Below, piece after piece: positions 1 through 8,419 of a stretch of 64,000 nucleotides of DNA (position 1 is the first letter of the stretch; the number at the start of each line of letters is the position of its first letter). The notes beneath the pieces are model-generated. The model worked only from the letters and a program-made list of their open reading frames with translations. It ran no database searches and had not been told where the DNA came from. The translations under genes and the position numbers were made by a program. The stretch spans positions 1,133,939 through 1,197,938 of the forward strand of contig CP070722.1 in NCBI GenBank assembly GCA_020350785.1, given 5' to 3'. Origin of the DNA: Gemmatimonadota bacterium (lineage in GTDB: Bacteria > Gemmatimonadota > Gemmatimonadetes > Palauibacterales > KS3-K002).

Positions 1-625
1 CCTGCTTCTCATCGGCGCGCAGGGCGTCGCGGTCGCCCTCCAAATAGCGATCGAACGGCGCGCCCGGCGTCAGCAGCGTGGCCTCGAACGCTTCTATGGC
101 CTTGGCCATGTTCCCGAAGGTCACCGGATCGTCCGCGCCGGGGAACGCCGCGGCGAAGCGCTCCACGTACTCGGGGATGCTCATCAGAGTCGCTACGGCA
201 CGCTCGGGGTTGCTGTTCATTTCCACCGCCGCCTGGACTGGCCCCATGGCCTGCTCCTCCAAGTCCTTGGCGCGGCCATCCCAAAATTGAGCGATGTTGA
301 GTACCGCGTTCAGAACCGTCGGCGCGTTTCGAGGCCCTTTCTGCCAGCCGTGCCCGATTGAAGTCTCCAGCAGATCCACGCCACCGAGACCGACGTTGTG
401 ACAAGTGTTACAGCTGATCAGCCAGCTGGAAGACAGACGCGGCTCGAAGTAGAGAAGCTTGCCAAGCTCGATCATCTCCGGCGTCAGCGGAGTGTCCTCG
501 AGCTTCGGCGGCACAGTTGGGATCGGCTTGAACAGGCCCTGCGCCCGTTGCATGAGCTCGTCCTGATCGACACTGGAAGCTCCGATTACCAGCATCAGCG
601 GTAAAGCGAGAAGAAGCTTTTTCAT
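1..625 (-). CDS. ccpA: Di-heme cytochrome c peroxidase (CcpA/MauG family), partial: N-terminal ~208 aa, C-terminus lies beyond the window start
   Basis: Not in the ORF track because the frame is open to position 1. Translated by hand from ATG at 625..623 (RBS-like GGAG a few nt upstream): MKKLLLALPLMLVIGASS... signal peptide, then CNTCHN heme-binding motif and the conserved FWDGRA motif typical of bacterial CcpA. The overlapping track ORFs 9..404(-) and 78..290(+) are in other frames and look spurious. Confidence 0.8.
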   Translation of the reverse strand, partial: MKKLLLALPLMLVIGASSVDQDELMQRAQGLFKPIPTVPPKLEDTPLTPEMIELGKLLYFEPRLSSSWLISCNTCHNVGLGGVDLLETSIGHGWQKGPRNAPTVLNAVLNIAQFWDGRAKDLEEQAMGPVQAAVEMNSNPERAVATLMSIPEYVERFAAAFPGADDPVTFGNMAKAIEAFEATLLTPGAPFDRYLEGDRDALRADEKQ

Positions 626-661
626 CGTTCGTCTCCTCGGTTACCCCAAAGGAACCGTTCT

Positions 662-2728
662 TTAGTCTCCCACTTCCGCCGTCCGCGATGGTGCGCCGCG
701 ATCACCGGACGGCGGCTTCTGCGAGGCGGCCTGCTCAACGCCTCCGCTTTTCTTGATCTCCTCGTACCAGCCGGGATGGTGCCGCTTGACCGATTCCTCC
801 GACATCTTGCCCGTGAGCCAAGTCCAGCTCATCGGATACTCTTCCGGGTGGAAGATGACGAAGAAGAAGTGCCAGACGATCACCGCCAAAGTTGCCAGCC
901 AAGCCTCGTAGTAATGGATCGTCTGCGCCGCCGATACGCTCCAAGACGGCAGTATCCTGACCGCCCATTGCGGCCACCAAAGGATGATGCCCGTGAGGAT
1001 CATCACGATGGTTCCCCAAACCAGCGCCCAGTACTCCGCCTTCTGGGTATAGTCGTAGCGACCGAACTTCGCCTTGTTCCTGCTCTGGAAGGTGTAGTAG
1101 CGGATGTTATCGTAAAGCTCCTTGATATCCCTCCAAGCCGGCATGATCGATCTAAACTCGTCTCGCCCGCGATTAGTCAGGAAGATGTACCACATGTGGT
1201 AGAGCGACGTGACTACCATCACCACCGCAAAGATGCGGTGCAGGTCGCCCCGTACCGTCTCGGTCATGCCGACGCTGGACAATCCTTCGACCCACCAGGC
1301 CTCCGGGAAGCGCAGAGCGAACCCGGTGATCACCAGCATGATGAACGAGATCGTCAGGAGCAGGTGTTGGACGATCTGGGTTCGGTCGAACCGCATCACA
1401 AACCGCGAGGACTCTTCCAGTTCTCGCCGCTCCACCATGAAGTGATTCATAATCATCAGGTTATGAACTACCATCAGCCCGATGATCAGAGCGATCAGCA
1501 CGATATAGATGTCGCGGATGATCCGATTGATGGGGTTGGCCGCCATCGATGTCGTCTCGTGTGTGTAGCTGGAGGCGAACTTGGCGGTCGCATCATCGTG
1601 GCATTGCCCGCAGGTCTGCGGCAGATTGGCCGGGTGGATCGTGGAGGTCGAGTCTTCCTCCGGCAGCACCGCATGCGCCGTATGACAGTTAACGCATGTC
1701 GCCGTCTCCTCGCAGCCCCGTCGCGTCGTCCAGCCGTGGTAGCTGTCCACGTAGGACCCGACGACGCCGCCCTGCAAGTTGTACTTGGCGATGATCACTG
1801 GGTCGTCGTGGCACGGACCGCACGTCTGCGTGGCCTGCCGCGCGGCGCAGGTGGCCGCTTCCGGATCGTGCGGCGACAGAATTAGGTGCTCGCCGTGACA
1901 GTCGGTGCAGGTCGGGCTGTCGCGGACTCCTGTATTCAGGGCCCGCCCGTGAATGGAACCCTCATACTCGAGCTGAATGTCAGGGTGGCACTGCCCACAC
2001 GTCGCCGCCACGTTGAAAGGATTAATCTTCGACCGCGGATCCACCGAACCCTTCAAGTCGTGCACGCCGTGGCAGTCCGCACAGGAAGCCGCTGTGGCGA
2101 TTCCCCGCTCCGCCCCGCGCCCGTGCACGGACTGCGCATAGGCGGCAAACGACTGGGGTAGCTTCACAATCCGGTCGGTGAGCAATCCCGCCGTACCGTG
2201 ACATTCGGCACAGGTCCCGGGCAGCCGCACCTTGTGCGTGCGCGCGCGCGGATTGCTGCTGGGTAGGATGTCGTGGCTTCCGTGGCAGTTGGCACAAGTA
2301 GGCGCACGCGGGTTACCCCGCGCCAGCGCGTAACCGTGCACGCTCTCCTGGTACGTCCGATCGACCGATCCGTGGCAATTGCCACAGTCCGGCGGCTCGA
2401 GCTCCGCCGCATGCGGAAACTCCGAACCCTGCAGGTCCTGGTGGCACATCACGCACGAAATGCCCAACGCCCCGTGCACCGAGCCGGCCAACTCCTCCGG
2501 GTCGACGACCAGCTGATCTGCGTTCGGCAACCCCTGAAACATGGAGGCCGAAGAGTGGCACATGAGACAGGTCGAGTCATCCTGGGCCAAGCTGGCCCCA
2601 GAGCTACCTAGAACGAGAAAGCTCGCGATGCCAGCGCCTGCCAGAACCCTCCGTAGCGCTCGGCTGGCCCAGCGATCGTCAGGATCGGCTTTCATAGCAC
2701 TTAACCCTTGGCTCGTGTCGCCATTCAC
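662..2728 (-). CDS. Multiheme c-type cytochrome (11 CXXCH motifs) fused to a C-terminal di-heme cytochrome b domain (HydC/FdnI-like); CbcL-like quinol:cytochrome c oxidoreductase
   Basis: 688-aa ORF with N-terminal signal peptide and 11 CXXCH motifs (CLMCH, CVMCH, CGNCH, CANCH, CAECH, CADCH, CGQCH, CTDCH, CGPCH, CVNCH, CGQCH). The C-terminal ~260 aa has 4-5 TM helices with His in TM1 (RFDRTQIVQH), TM2 (HRIF) and a double-His TM4 (HYYEAW...VWHFFF), the NiFe-hydrogenase/formate-DH gamma cytochrome b pattern. The architecture matches Geobacter CbcL. A 36-nt gap separates it from the co-oriented ccpA downstream. Confidence 0.8.
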   Translation of the reverse strand: MNGDTSQGLSAMKADPDDRWASRALRRVLAGAGIASFLVLGSSGASLAQDDSTCLMCHSSASMFQGLPNADQLVVDPEELAGSVHGALGISCVMCHQDLQGSEFPHAAELEPPDCGNCHGSVDRTYQESVHGYALARGNPRAPTCANCHGSHDILPSSNPRARTHKVRLPGTCAECHGTAGLLTDRIVKLPQSFAAYAQSVHGRGAERGIATAASCADCHGVHDLKGSVDPRSKINPFNVAATCGQCHPDIQLEYEGSIHGRALNTGVRDSPTCTDCHGEHLILSPHDPEAATCAARQATQTCGPCHDDPVIIAKYNLQGGVVGSYVDSYHGWTTRRGCEETATCVNCHTAHAVLPEEDSTSTIHPANLPQTCGQCHDDATAKFASSYTHETTSMAANPINRIIRDIYIVLIALIIGLMVVHNLMIMNHFMVERRELEESSRFVMRFDRTQIVQHLLLTISFIMLVITGFALRFPEAWWVEGLSSVGMTETVRGDLHRIFAVVMVVTSLYHMWYIFLTNRGRDEFRSIMPAWRDIKELYDNIRYYTFQSRNKAKFGRYDYTQKAEYWALVWGTIVMILTGIILWWPQWAVRILPSWSVSAAQTIHYYEAWLATLAVIVWHFFFVIFHPEEYPMSWTWLTGKMSEESVKRHHPGWYEEIKKSGGVEQAASQKPPSGDRGAPSRTAEVGD

Positions 2729-2821
2729 GACGCCTAGCGAGCGGCCGGTCTTTCCCAGCCCTGTATCTCCAATGCACGTGGCCAGTTAGGGCAAGGTCCA
2801 TGCCGGAGGGCAATCTGCGTC

Positions 2822-3037
2822 TTATTGTCTCAGGGCACGCCAGACGAACGGTATGCTGAAGACCAAAGCCACGCTGGCGATAGCGAGCAAGCCTCCGAGG
2901 GCGAGCTCGGAGTAGAAGCGGGCGGTCCCGGCGCCGAACTCGCAGGCCCGGTTCAGCCGGGCTATCGACCGGTTGGCGAGGAGGTAGGCGGCGGCCAACA
3001 TCACCAGCGCTACCAGAACGACGAGGAAGACGTTCAT
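2822..3037 (-). CDS. Small hypothetical membrane protein (~71 aa, two predicted TM helices)
   Basis: C-terminal part of track ORF 2822..3262. The upstream part of that ORF overlaps ORF 3042..3701, so the start is placed at the internal Met (MNVFLVVLVALVMLAAAYLL...). Hydrophobic segments: LVVLVALVMLAAAYLL and LALGGLLAIASVALVFSIPFVW. Confidence 0.4.
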   Translation of the reverse strand: MNVFLVVLVALVMLAAAYLLANRSIARLNRACEFGAGTARFYSELALGGLLAIASVALVFSIPFVWRALRQ

Positions 3038-3041
3038 CGGA

Positions 3042-3701
3042 TCAGGTGCCGCGATTCCGCGGAACTGCTCGCCGCGCCGCGACCTTGCGGGTCGCCCAGT
3101 AGACGATCGCGCCCAAGCCCAACAACGCCAGCGCCAGCAGCGCGATGTGGGTGGGCGCCTGACTCCTCCAAGCCGACGGCAGTAGCACGGCACGGGGCAG
3201 CTCGTCCGGGGCCGAGACCAGGAGCCCGCTCGCGTCCCACTCGAAACGCGGATAGGCGTCATCCAATTCGCTCCCCCGCGACGCGCCGATGATCAGTAGG
3301 CGGATCATCGTGGTGCCGGAAAGTATGCGCGTGTTCGGCACGAACACCGGTATGCGCGAGTAGTCGCCTTCCACGCGGTAGCGTATGCGCACGTGGACGA
3401 CCCCCGGCAATCCGGCCGGCGCGGAGAGTTCGGACATGCCGGGCCGTTCTTGGACCTCCAGCTCGAAACCGGGGCCGAAGGCGGCCTCCACCTCGGCGTC
3501 TTGGCCCGGCAGCTGCACCGCCTCGAAGATCAGTGGCGCGCCCGTCCGCTCGATCCGATAGGACGCCAGAATCTGAGCGCTCGAGCCCCCGAGGTTGATC
3601 CTTACGTGCGCGGATTGCAAGTCACCAGCCGCATGGCTCGTGTCCTGCGCCGCTGGCCTATCGCCGCCGAGAAGCGCGAGAAGAACAACGAGGATCTTCA
3701 A
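3042..3701 (-). CDS. Hypothetical secreted protein with N-terminal signal peptide and C-terminal TM anchor followed by an Arg-rich tail
   Basis: 219 aa. TTG start read as M (MKILVVLLALLGG...). C-terminus is ...THIALLALALLGLGAIVYWATRKVAARRAVPRNRGT, a hydrophobic helix plus a basic tail reminiscent of a sorting-signal architecture. No recognisable catalytic motif. Confidence 0.45.
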   Translation of the reverse strand: MKILVVLLALLGGDRPAAQDTSHAAGDLQSAHVRINLGGSSAQILASYRIERTGAPLIFEAVQLPGQDAEVEAAFGPGFELEVQERPGMSELSAPAGLPGVVHVRIRYRVEGDYSRIPVFVPNTRILSGTTMIRLLIIGASRGSELDDAYPRFEWDASGLLVSAPDELPRAVLLPSAWRSQAPTHIALLALALLGLGAIVYWATRKVAARRAVPRNRGT

Positions 3702-3864
3702 TCAGCTCGCTCCGCTTGAAGCCTACGTGCGAACGCCCGTGAGCTGCCTACTAATACTGATGCCTGACCGGTGATCCGCGCCAGGGTGGCCAATATTGCG
3801 CTGGCCGAGCCCTTTCTTGCGCCCTATTATGAGCCCGTGATCACACCCACGGGTAGTCCCTGAA

Positions 3865-4830
3865 GTGCTGTCGACGGCCGCATATCTCAAACTGGGAATC
3901 AGCCAAGTTCAGGAGCGGGCGCGCCGGGCCGTCGCCGGCCTGGTCGACTGTCGTGCCTGTCCGCGTGACTGCCGTGTCGACCGCTTGGCCGACAAGTGGG
4001 CCGCCTGCAAGACGGGCCGCTACGCCGTAGTGAGCAGCTGCTTCCCCCACTTGGGCGAAGAGGATCCGCTGCGCGGCTGGAACGGCTCCGGCACGATCTT
4101 CTTTTCCCACTGCAACCTGCGTTGCGTCTTCTGCCAGAACTACGACATCAGCCAGGGCGTCCCACCGGGGCCGGCCGCCGCGGGCTCGCGCCCCGCCGAG
4201 ATCGCAGCGATGATGCTGGGGCTTCAAGAGCTGGGCTGCCACAACATCAACCTCGTCACGCCGGAGCACGTCGTCCCTCAAGTGCTCGAGGCGCTGGCCA
4301 TCGCTGTTGACGGCGGCCTGACGCTTCCGATCGTCTACAACACCAGCGCCTACGACGCGTTGGAAAGCCTGGAGCTACTGGACGGCATCGTCGACATCTA
4401 CATGCCCGACTTCAAGTTCTGGTCGCCGGAATCGAGCCGGCGGTACATGAAGGCGGCAGATTATCCCGAGGCCGCCAGGGCCGCGATCAGGGAGATGCAC
4501 CGGCAGGTCGGCCCTCTCCAGATCAGTGCGGACGGACTGGCGACCCGCGGCGTGCTTCTCCGCCACCTGGTCATGCCCGGTGGGCTGGAGGAGACGCGGG
4601 CGATCCTCTCGTGGATCGCGACGGAGCTGGGTACCGACACGTATATCAACTTGATGGACCAGTATCGCCCGGCGGGCCGGGTCTGCAGCGAGCACTACCC
4701 GGAGATCAACCGGCGAACCGCGGCCTCCGAATATCGAGAGGCCCACGAGATCGCCGCTGCGCTCGGCCTGACGCGCCTGGACGAGCGGGGTCCTCCCGCG
4801 CGGCTCTTTCGCCGGCTGAACATCACCTGA
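3865..4830 (+). CDS. Radical SAM enzyme, AmmeMemoRadiSam-system / PflX (COG1313)-type
   Basis: 321 aa. N-terminal Cys cluster CRACPRDC...C immediately followed by the canonical radical-SAM motif CNLRCVFCQNYDIS (CX3CX2C). Length and motif order match the PflX/AmmeMemoRadiSam radical SAM family. No AMMECR1 or Memo partner is visible in this window. Confidence 0.75.
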   Translation: MLSTAAYLKLGISQVQERARRAVAGLVDCRACPRDCRVDRLADKWAACKTGRYAVVSSCFPHLGEEDPLRGWNGSGTIFFSHCNLRCVFCQNYDISQGVPPGPAAAGSRPAEIAAMMLGLQELGCHNINLVTPEHVVPQVLEALAIAVDGGLTLPIVYNTSAYDALESLELLDGIVDIYMPDFKFWSPESSRRYMKAADYPEAARAAIREMHRQVGPLQISADGLATRGVLLRHLVMPGGLEETRAILSWIATELGTDTYINLMDQYRPAGRVCSEHYPEINRRTAASEYREAHEIAAALGLTRLDERGPPARLFRRLNIT

Positions 4831-6540
4831 TCAGTCCGCCACCACCTCTTCGCCGACATCGGTCGGGTCGGTTCCGCCCGGCGGCTCGACGCGAGCGACG
4901 CCCTCGGCGGCCAGGCCCAGCATCTTGAGGCTCACGGCGGCCAGGTGTTCGCCCATCAACTCCTCCTCGTTCAGCAGTATCTCCGCCCCGCTATCGAGCA
5001 ACCGGCGCGTGTGCTGCGCGTAGCGGCCCCGGGCGACGATCAGCAAGTCGGGTCGAATCAGTTTGGCGGTCGAGATGATAGTTGCGGAATCGGCCGGATC
5101 CGGCACGGTGACCACGAGTGCGCGCGCAGCGAGCAGGGCTGCGTGACGAAGAACCTCCTCCTGGGAAGCATCGCCGAACTCCACGTCGATACCCTCGGCG
5201 CGCGCCCGCTGAGCCGTTCGCGGATTCAAGTCCAACACCAGAAAAGGAGTGCCGACATCGCGAAGCGCTCGAGCGACGCGCCGGCCCGTTGGCCCGTAGC
5301 CGACGATGATCACGTGATCCGTCACCGAGATCGGCGCGGCTTCCTCCCCCGATTCAGCCGGCGGCACTCGTCGGTCCGGTCTCAGCTCGGCCAGCCGCCG
5401 GGCGATCGTGATGAGGTAGGGCGCGAGTATCAGCGTGAGCACGGCGGACGAGACGAACAAGCGAAAGGCGTCGGCATCGATCAGCTGGTGGCGCCATCCC
5501 TCTTCGGCGATGACGAAAGACAGCTCACCGATGTGCGCCAATGTCCAACCGGCGATGATCGCGACCTGGGCCGGATAGCGCAGCAAGCGCACGACGCCGG
5601 CCGCGACGATAGCCTTGCCCAAGACAATCGCCGCGATCAGCGCGCCTACCAAGTCCAGATTCCCCACGACCCAGGCGGGATCGGCCAGCATACCGATGGA
5701 GACGAAGAAAAGAGCGAGGAAACCGGCGCGCAGCGAGCCGATCTCGGCCCGTATCTGGCTCGCGAACTTACTGTCCGCCAGCAGCACCCCGGCGACGAAT
5801 GAGCCCAAAATCTCGGAGAGACCCAACGCGTGCGCCGCCCAGGTCGCACCCAGGCAAAATACCAGCGCCAGGATTACGAAGAGCTCGCGGTTCCGCACCA
5901 CTGCCGCCGAGCTGAGGAGAAGCGGGAGCAGCACACGAGCGAGTACGAACAGGCCGAGAATGAGCAGCGCGCCGCGGGCGAAGGTCACGCCCAAGTCTCT
6001 GAGAACCGCGCCTCCCAGTCCGGCACCGGCCAGAGCCGGAACGATCAGCATGAAGGGGATGACCACGATGTCCTGCACCAGCAGGATCCCGACGGACACG
6101 CGGCCCGGAACGCTGTCGATCTCCGCCCGGTCGGCAAGCACCCGGAAGACGACCGCCGTGCTGCTGAAGGCCAGGATCATCCCGAACAGGATGGCCTGTT
6201 CAGGCGGCACTCCGGCCAGGCCAGCGACGGCGACGGTGGCCAGGGCAGTGAGGACGATCTGCAGCGACCCCGCCGCGATTCCCGTCGAACCCAGAGCTTG
6301 CAGCCGGCGCCACGGCAGTTCCAGCCCGATCGTGAACAGAAGAAGCGCGACTCCGAGGTCGGCCATCGATCGGACCTCGGCCGCCGCCTTCAGCATCGCC
6401 AGCCCATTCGGGCCGATCAGCACGCCGGCCAACAGGTAGCCGACGATGGGACTCTGGCCCAGCCGCGCCAACAGCAGGCCCAGCGTGAGCGCCGCGCCCA
6501 GCGCCAGAACGATATCGAGCAAGAGCGAAAAGAGATCCAT
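4831..6540 (-). CDS. Monovalent cation:proton antiporter (CPA2, KefB/KefC-like) with C-terminal RCK/TrkA-N domain
   Basis: 569 aa. About 12 TM helices in the N-terminal 400 aa, then a Rossmann motif HVIIVGYGPTGRRVARAL typical of TrkA-N/RCK. Confidence 0.85.
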   Translation of the reverse strand: MDLFSLLLDIVLALGAALTLGLLLARLGQSPIVGYLLAGVLIGPNGLAMLKAAAEVRSMADLGVALLLFTIGLELPWRRLQALGSTGIAAGSLQIVLTALATVAVAGLAGVPPEQAILFGMILAFSSTAVVFRVLADRAEIDSVPGRVSVGILLVQDIVVIPFMLIVPALAGAGLGGAVLRDLGVTFARGALLILGLFVLARVLLPLLLSSAAVVRNRELFVILALVFCLGATWAAHALGLSEILGSFVAGVLLADSKFASQIRAEIGSLRAGFLALFFVSIGMLADPAWVVGNLDLVGALIAAIVLGKAIVAAGVVRLLRYPAQVAIIAGWTLAHIGELSFVIAEEGWRHQLIDADAFRLFVSSAVLTLILAPYLITIARRLAELRPDRRVPPAESGEEAAPISVTDHVIIVGYGPTGRRVARALRDVGTPFLVLDLNPRTAQRARAEGIDVEFGDASQEEVLRHAALLAARALVVTVPDPADSATIISTAKLIRPDLLIVARGRYAQHTRRLLDSGAEILLNEEELMGEHLAAVSLKMLGLAAEGVARVEPPGGTDPTDVGEEVVAD

Positions 6541-6562
6541 CGGCCTCAGCCCCGAGGTTCGT

Positions 6563-7297
6563 CTACCAGACGTGCTTGAGCACTGCGATCAGGCCCGCGG
6601 CCGTGGCGGCGGCGAGCACCGCGGCCCGGGTGTAGCCCCGATCCAGAAAGCGAGCCGTATGTGCCGAGACCCAGAACCCCAGCAGAATGCCGGGCAGCAA
6701 CAGCACCGCCAAGCGGAGCTCCTCGCCGCCAAAGCGCCCGATGACGGTCAGCGCCAGCAGCGAGACGCTGGCACCAACCAGGAAGAAGCCGGACAGCGTA
6801 CCGCGCAGCCGGTCGCCGGGCAGGCGCTGAAGCAGCAGCGCGATCGGCGGGCCGCCGATCGCCGCCGTGGTCCCCATGAACCCGGAGAGCAGCCCGGCGG
6901 CCGACAAGCTCCAAGCGGTCGGCTGCAAGCGCAGCCTGAACGAGCTCATCAGCACCGCCAGCAGAACAAGTATCCCGAACAGCAGCGACAACCGGTCGCG
7001 CGGCATCACGAGCAGAGCCACCGCCCCCACGGCCGTACCCGGAAGTCGACCCGCCAGCGCCCAGCCGACGCCGAAGAAGTCGATGGAATCGCGTTCGCGA
7101 TGCGAGAGAAGTAGCGTGAGCACGATGGCCACGCAGAGGATGGGGCCCGGTACCAGCCGTGGCTCGACCAGAATCAGCACGGGCACCGCCACGAGCGAGA
7201 GGCCGAACCCTATCGACCCTTGAACGACGGCTCCCAGGAAGACGCCGGCGGAGGCCACCGCAACTTCCAACGAGCTGAGACCGCCGATCCAGCCCAC
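6563..7297 (-). CDS. TauE/SafE family sulfite/anion exporter (DUF81) membrane protein
   Basis: 244 aa polytopic membrane protein with the internal repeat architecture and Gly-rich TM helices (GSIGFGLSLVAVPVL..., GFMGTTAAIGGPP) characteristic of TauE/SafE. Confidence 0.75.
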   Translation of the reverse strand: MGWIGGLSSLEVAVASAGVFLGAVVQGSIGFGLSLVAVPVLILVEPRLVPGPILCVAIVLTLLLSHRERDSIDFFGVGWALAGRLPGTAVGAVALLVMPRDRLSLLFGILVLLAVLMSSFRLRLQPTAWSLSAAGLLSGFMGTTAAIGGPPIALLLQRLPGDRLRGTLSGFFLVGASVSLLALTVIGRFGGEELRLAVLLLPGILLGFWVSAHTARFLDRGYTRAAVLAAATAAGLIAVLKHVW

Positions 7298-7303
7298 GAG
7301 TAA

Positions 7304-8404
7304 TCAGGCTCGGGCGGGTGTGATGACGGCTTTCGTGACTCTCAGCTCCTCCACATCCGCCAGAGCCTGGTTCGCCTCTTCCAAGGTGTAGCGCCTACCG
7401 ATGACGCCGGCGAAGTTCAGACTCCCCTTGTTCCGGTCCAGCAAGCGCAAAGCCCGATAGAGATGCCCGAAGTCCAGACCCCAGCGGCCCAGGACTCGCG
7501 CATGCTTGCGGTTGATGTCGATGTGCGGGTTGATCGTCGTATTGCCCACATCGGTGTAGTGTCCCGCGATAACATAGGTCCCGCCGTCGCGCAGCAATCG
7601 AAGACCTTCGGGCACGGCGGCCGGAGCTCCTGCGCACTCGATAGCGACATCCACCCCGCGTCCGCCGGTAAGCTCGCGGATGTGAACCTCGCGTTCGCTT
7701 TCCGACTCGCTGCTCAGCGAGATCGTGACATCCGCACCGAGGGCCTCGGCCAGCTTCAGCCGCGGGCTGGGGTCGCCGATCGCCACGACCAGGCCGGCCC
7801 CGCGTAAAGCGGCGAAGGCGACCGCTGCGAGACCGACCGGACCCGTGCCCTGAACCAGCACGACATCACCCATGGCCAACTCGCTGCGCTCCACCGCGGC
7901 GAAGCCGGTGAATAGGCCGCACCCGCCACCGATGACATCCCCAGCCCCGAGCGACGCGGGCAGCTTGATGGTCTGCACGCCGGGCTTGAGATAGATGCGT
8001 TCGGCCCAGCCGCCCAACGGGCCGTCGTGCGCCGAGTAGGTGATGCCGTACACGCGGCGCCGCGGGCAGCGGTTGGGTTGCTGCGCCACCAGGCAGTAGT
8101 AGCAGCTGTGGCAAGTCTCGTGGACGTCGTAGAAAGTCACGAGATCACCCGACTCGAGCGGGGCGCCCAGGGTGTCCGCTTCAACCGCGTGCGCCTCCAA
8201 GACGCGACCGACGCTGATGTGGCCGGGAACGATCGGATAGGGGACGCCAGCCAGTCGACCGTGATGAAGATGAACGTCGGTGCCGCACACCTCGCTGGAC
8301 ACGGTCTCTAGCAGAATGCCGCCCGGTTCGATGACGGGATCCTCCAGCTCCCAAAGCTCGATCGGCGCGCCGGGCGCCGTCATCACTGCGGCCTTGATCG
8401 GCAT
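7304..8404 (-). CDS. Zinc-dependent alcohol dehydrogenase family (MDR) oxidoreductase
   Basis: 366 aa. GroES-like N-terminus with catalytic zinc ligands (CGTDVHLHHG, PGHISVG), a structural zinc Cys cluster (CHSCYYCLVAQQPNRC) and a Rossmann motif GTGPVGLAAV. Confidence 0.85.
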   Translation of the reverse strand: MPIKAAVMTAPGAPIELWELEDPVIEPGGILLETVSSEVCGTDVHLHHGRLAGVPYPIVPGHISVGRVLEAHAVEADTLGAPLESGDLVTFYDVHETCHSCYYCLVAQQPNRCPRRRVYGITYSAHDGPLGGWAERIYLKPGVQTIKLPASLGAGDVIGGGCGLFTGFAAVERSELAMGDVVLVQGTGPVGLAAVAFAALRGAGLVVAIGDPSPRLKLAEALGADVTISLSSESESEREVHIRELTGGRGVDVAIECAGAPAAVPEGLRLLRDGGTYVIAGHYTDVGNTTINPHIDINRKHARVLGRWGLDFGHLYRALRLLDRNKGSLNFAGVIGRRYTLEEANQALADVEELRVTKAVITPARA

Positions 8405-8419
8405 ACGTCCGCCTCGGCT

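Noticed and set aside
9-404. Track ORFs 9..404(-) and 78..290(+) at the window start
   Set aside because: Their products are Arg/Gly/Pro-rich low-complexity sequences. A different minus-strand frame across the same DNA gives a clean CcpA N-terminus with signal peptide, CNTCH and FWDGRA motifs, so these ORFs are overlapping-frame artefacts.
776-1885. 369-aa plus-strand ORF antisense to the multiheme cytochrome gene, and similar long antisense ORFs (11052..12560, 13625..14410, 15060..16259, 5615..6439, 19506..19843 and others)
   Set aside because: Each lies opposite a gene with strong motif support. Their products are dominated by Arg/Pro/His/Asp runs typical of antisense frames in high-GC DNA, and they lack start-site context. 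I treat them as non-coding.
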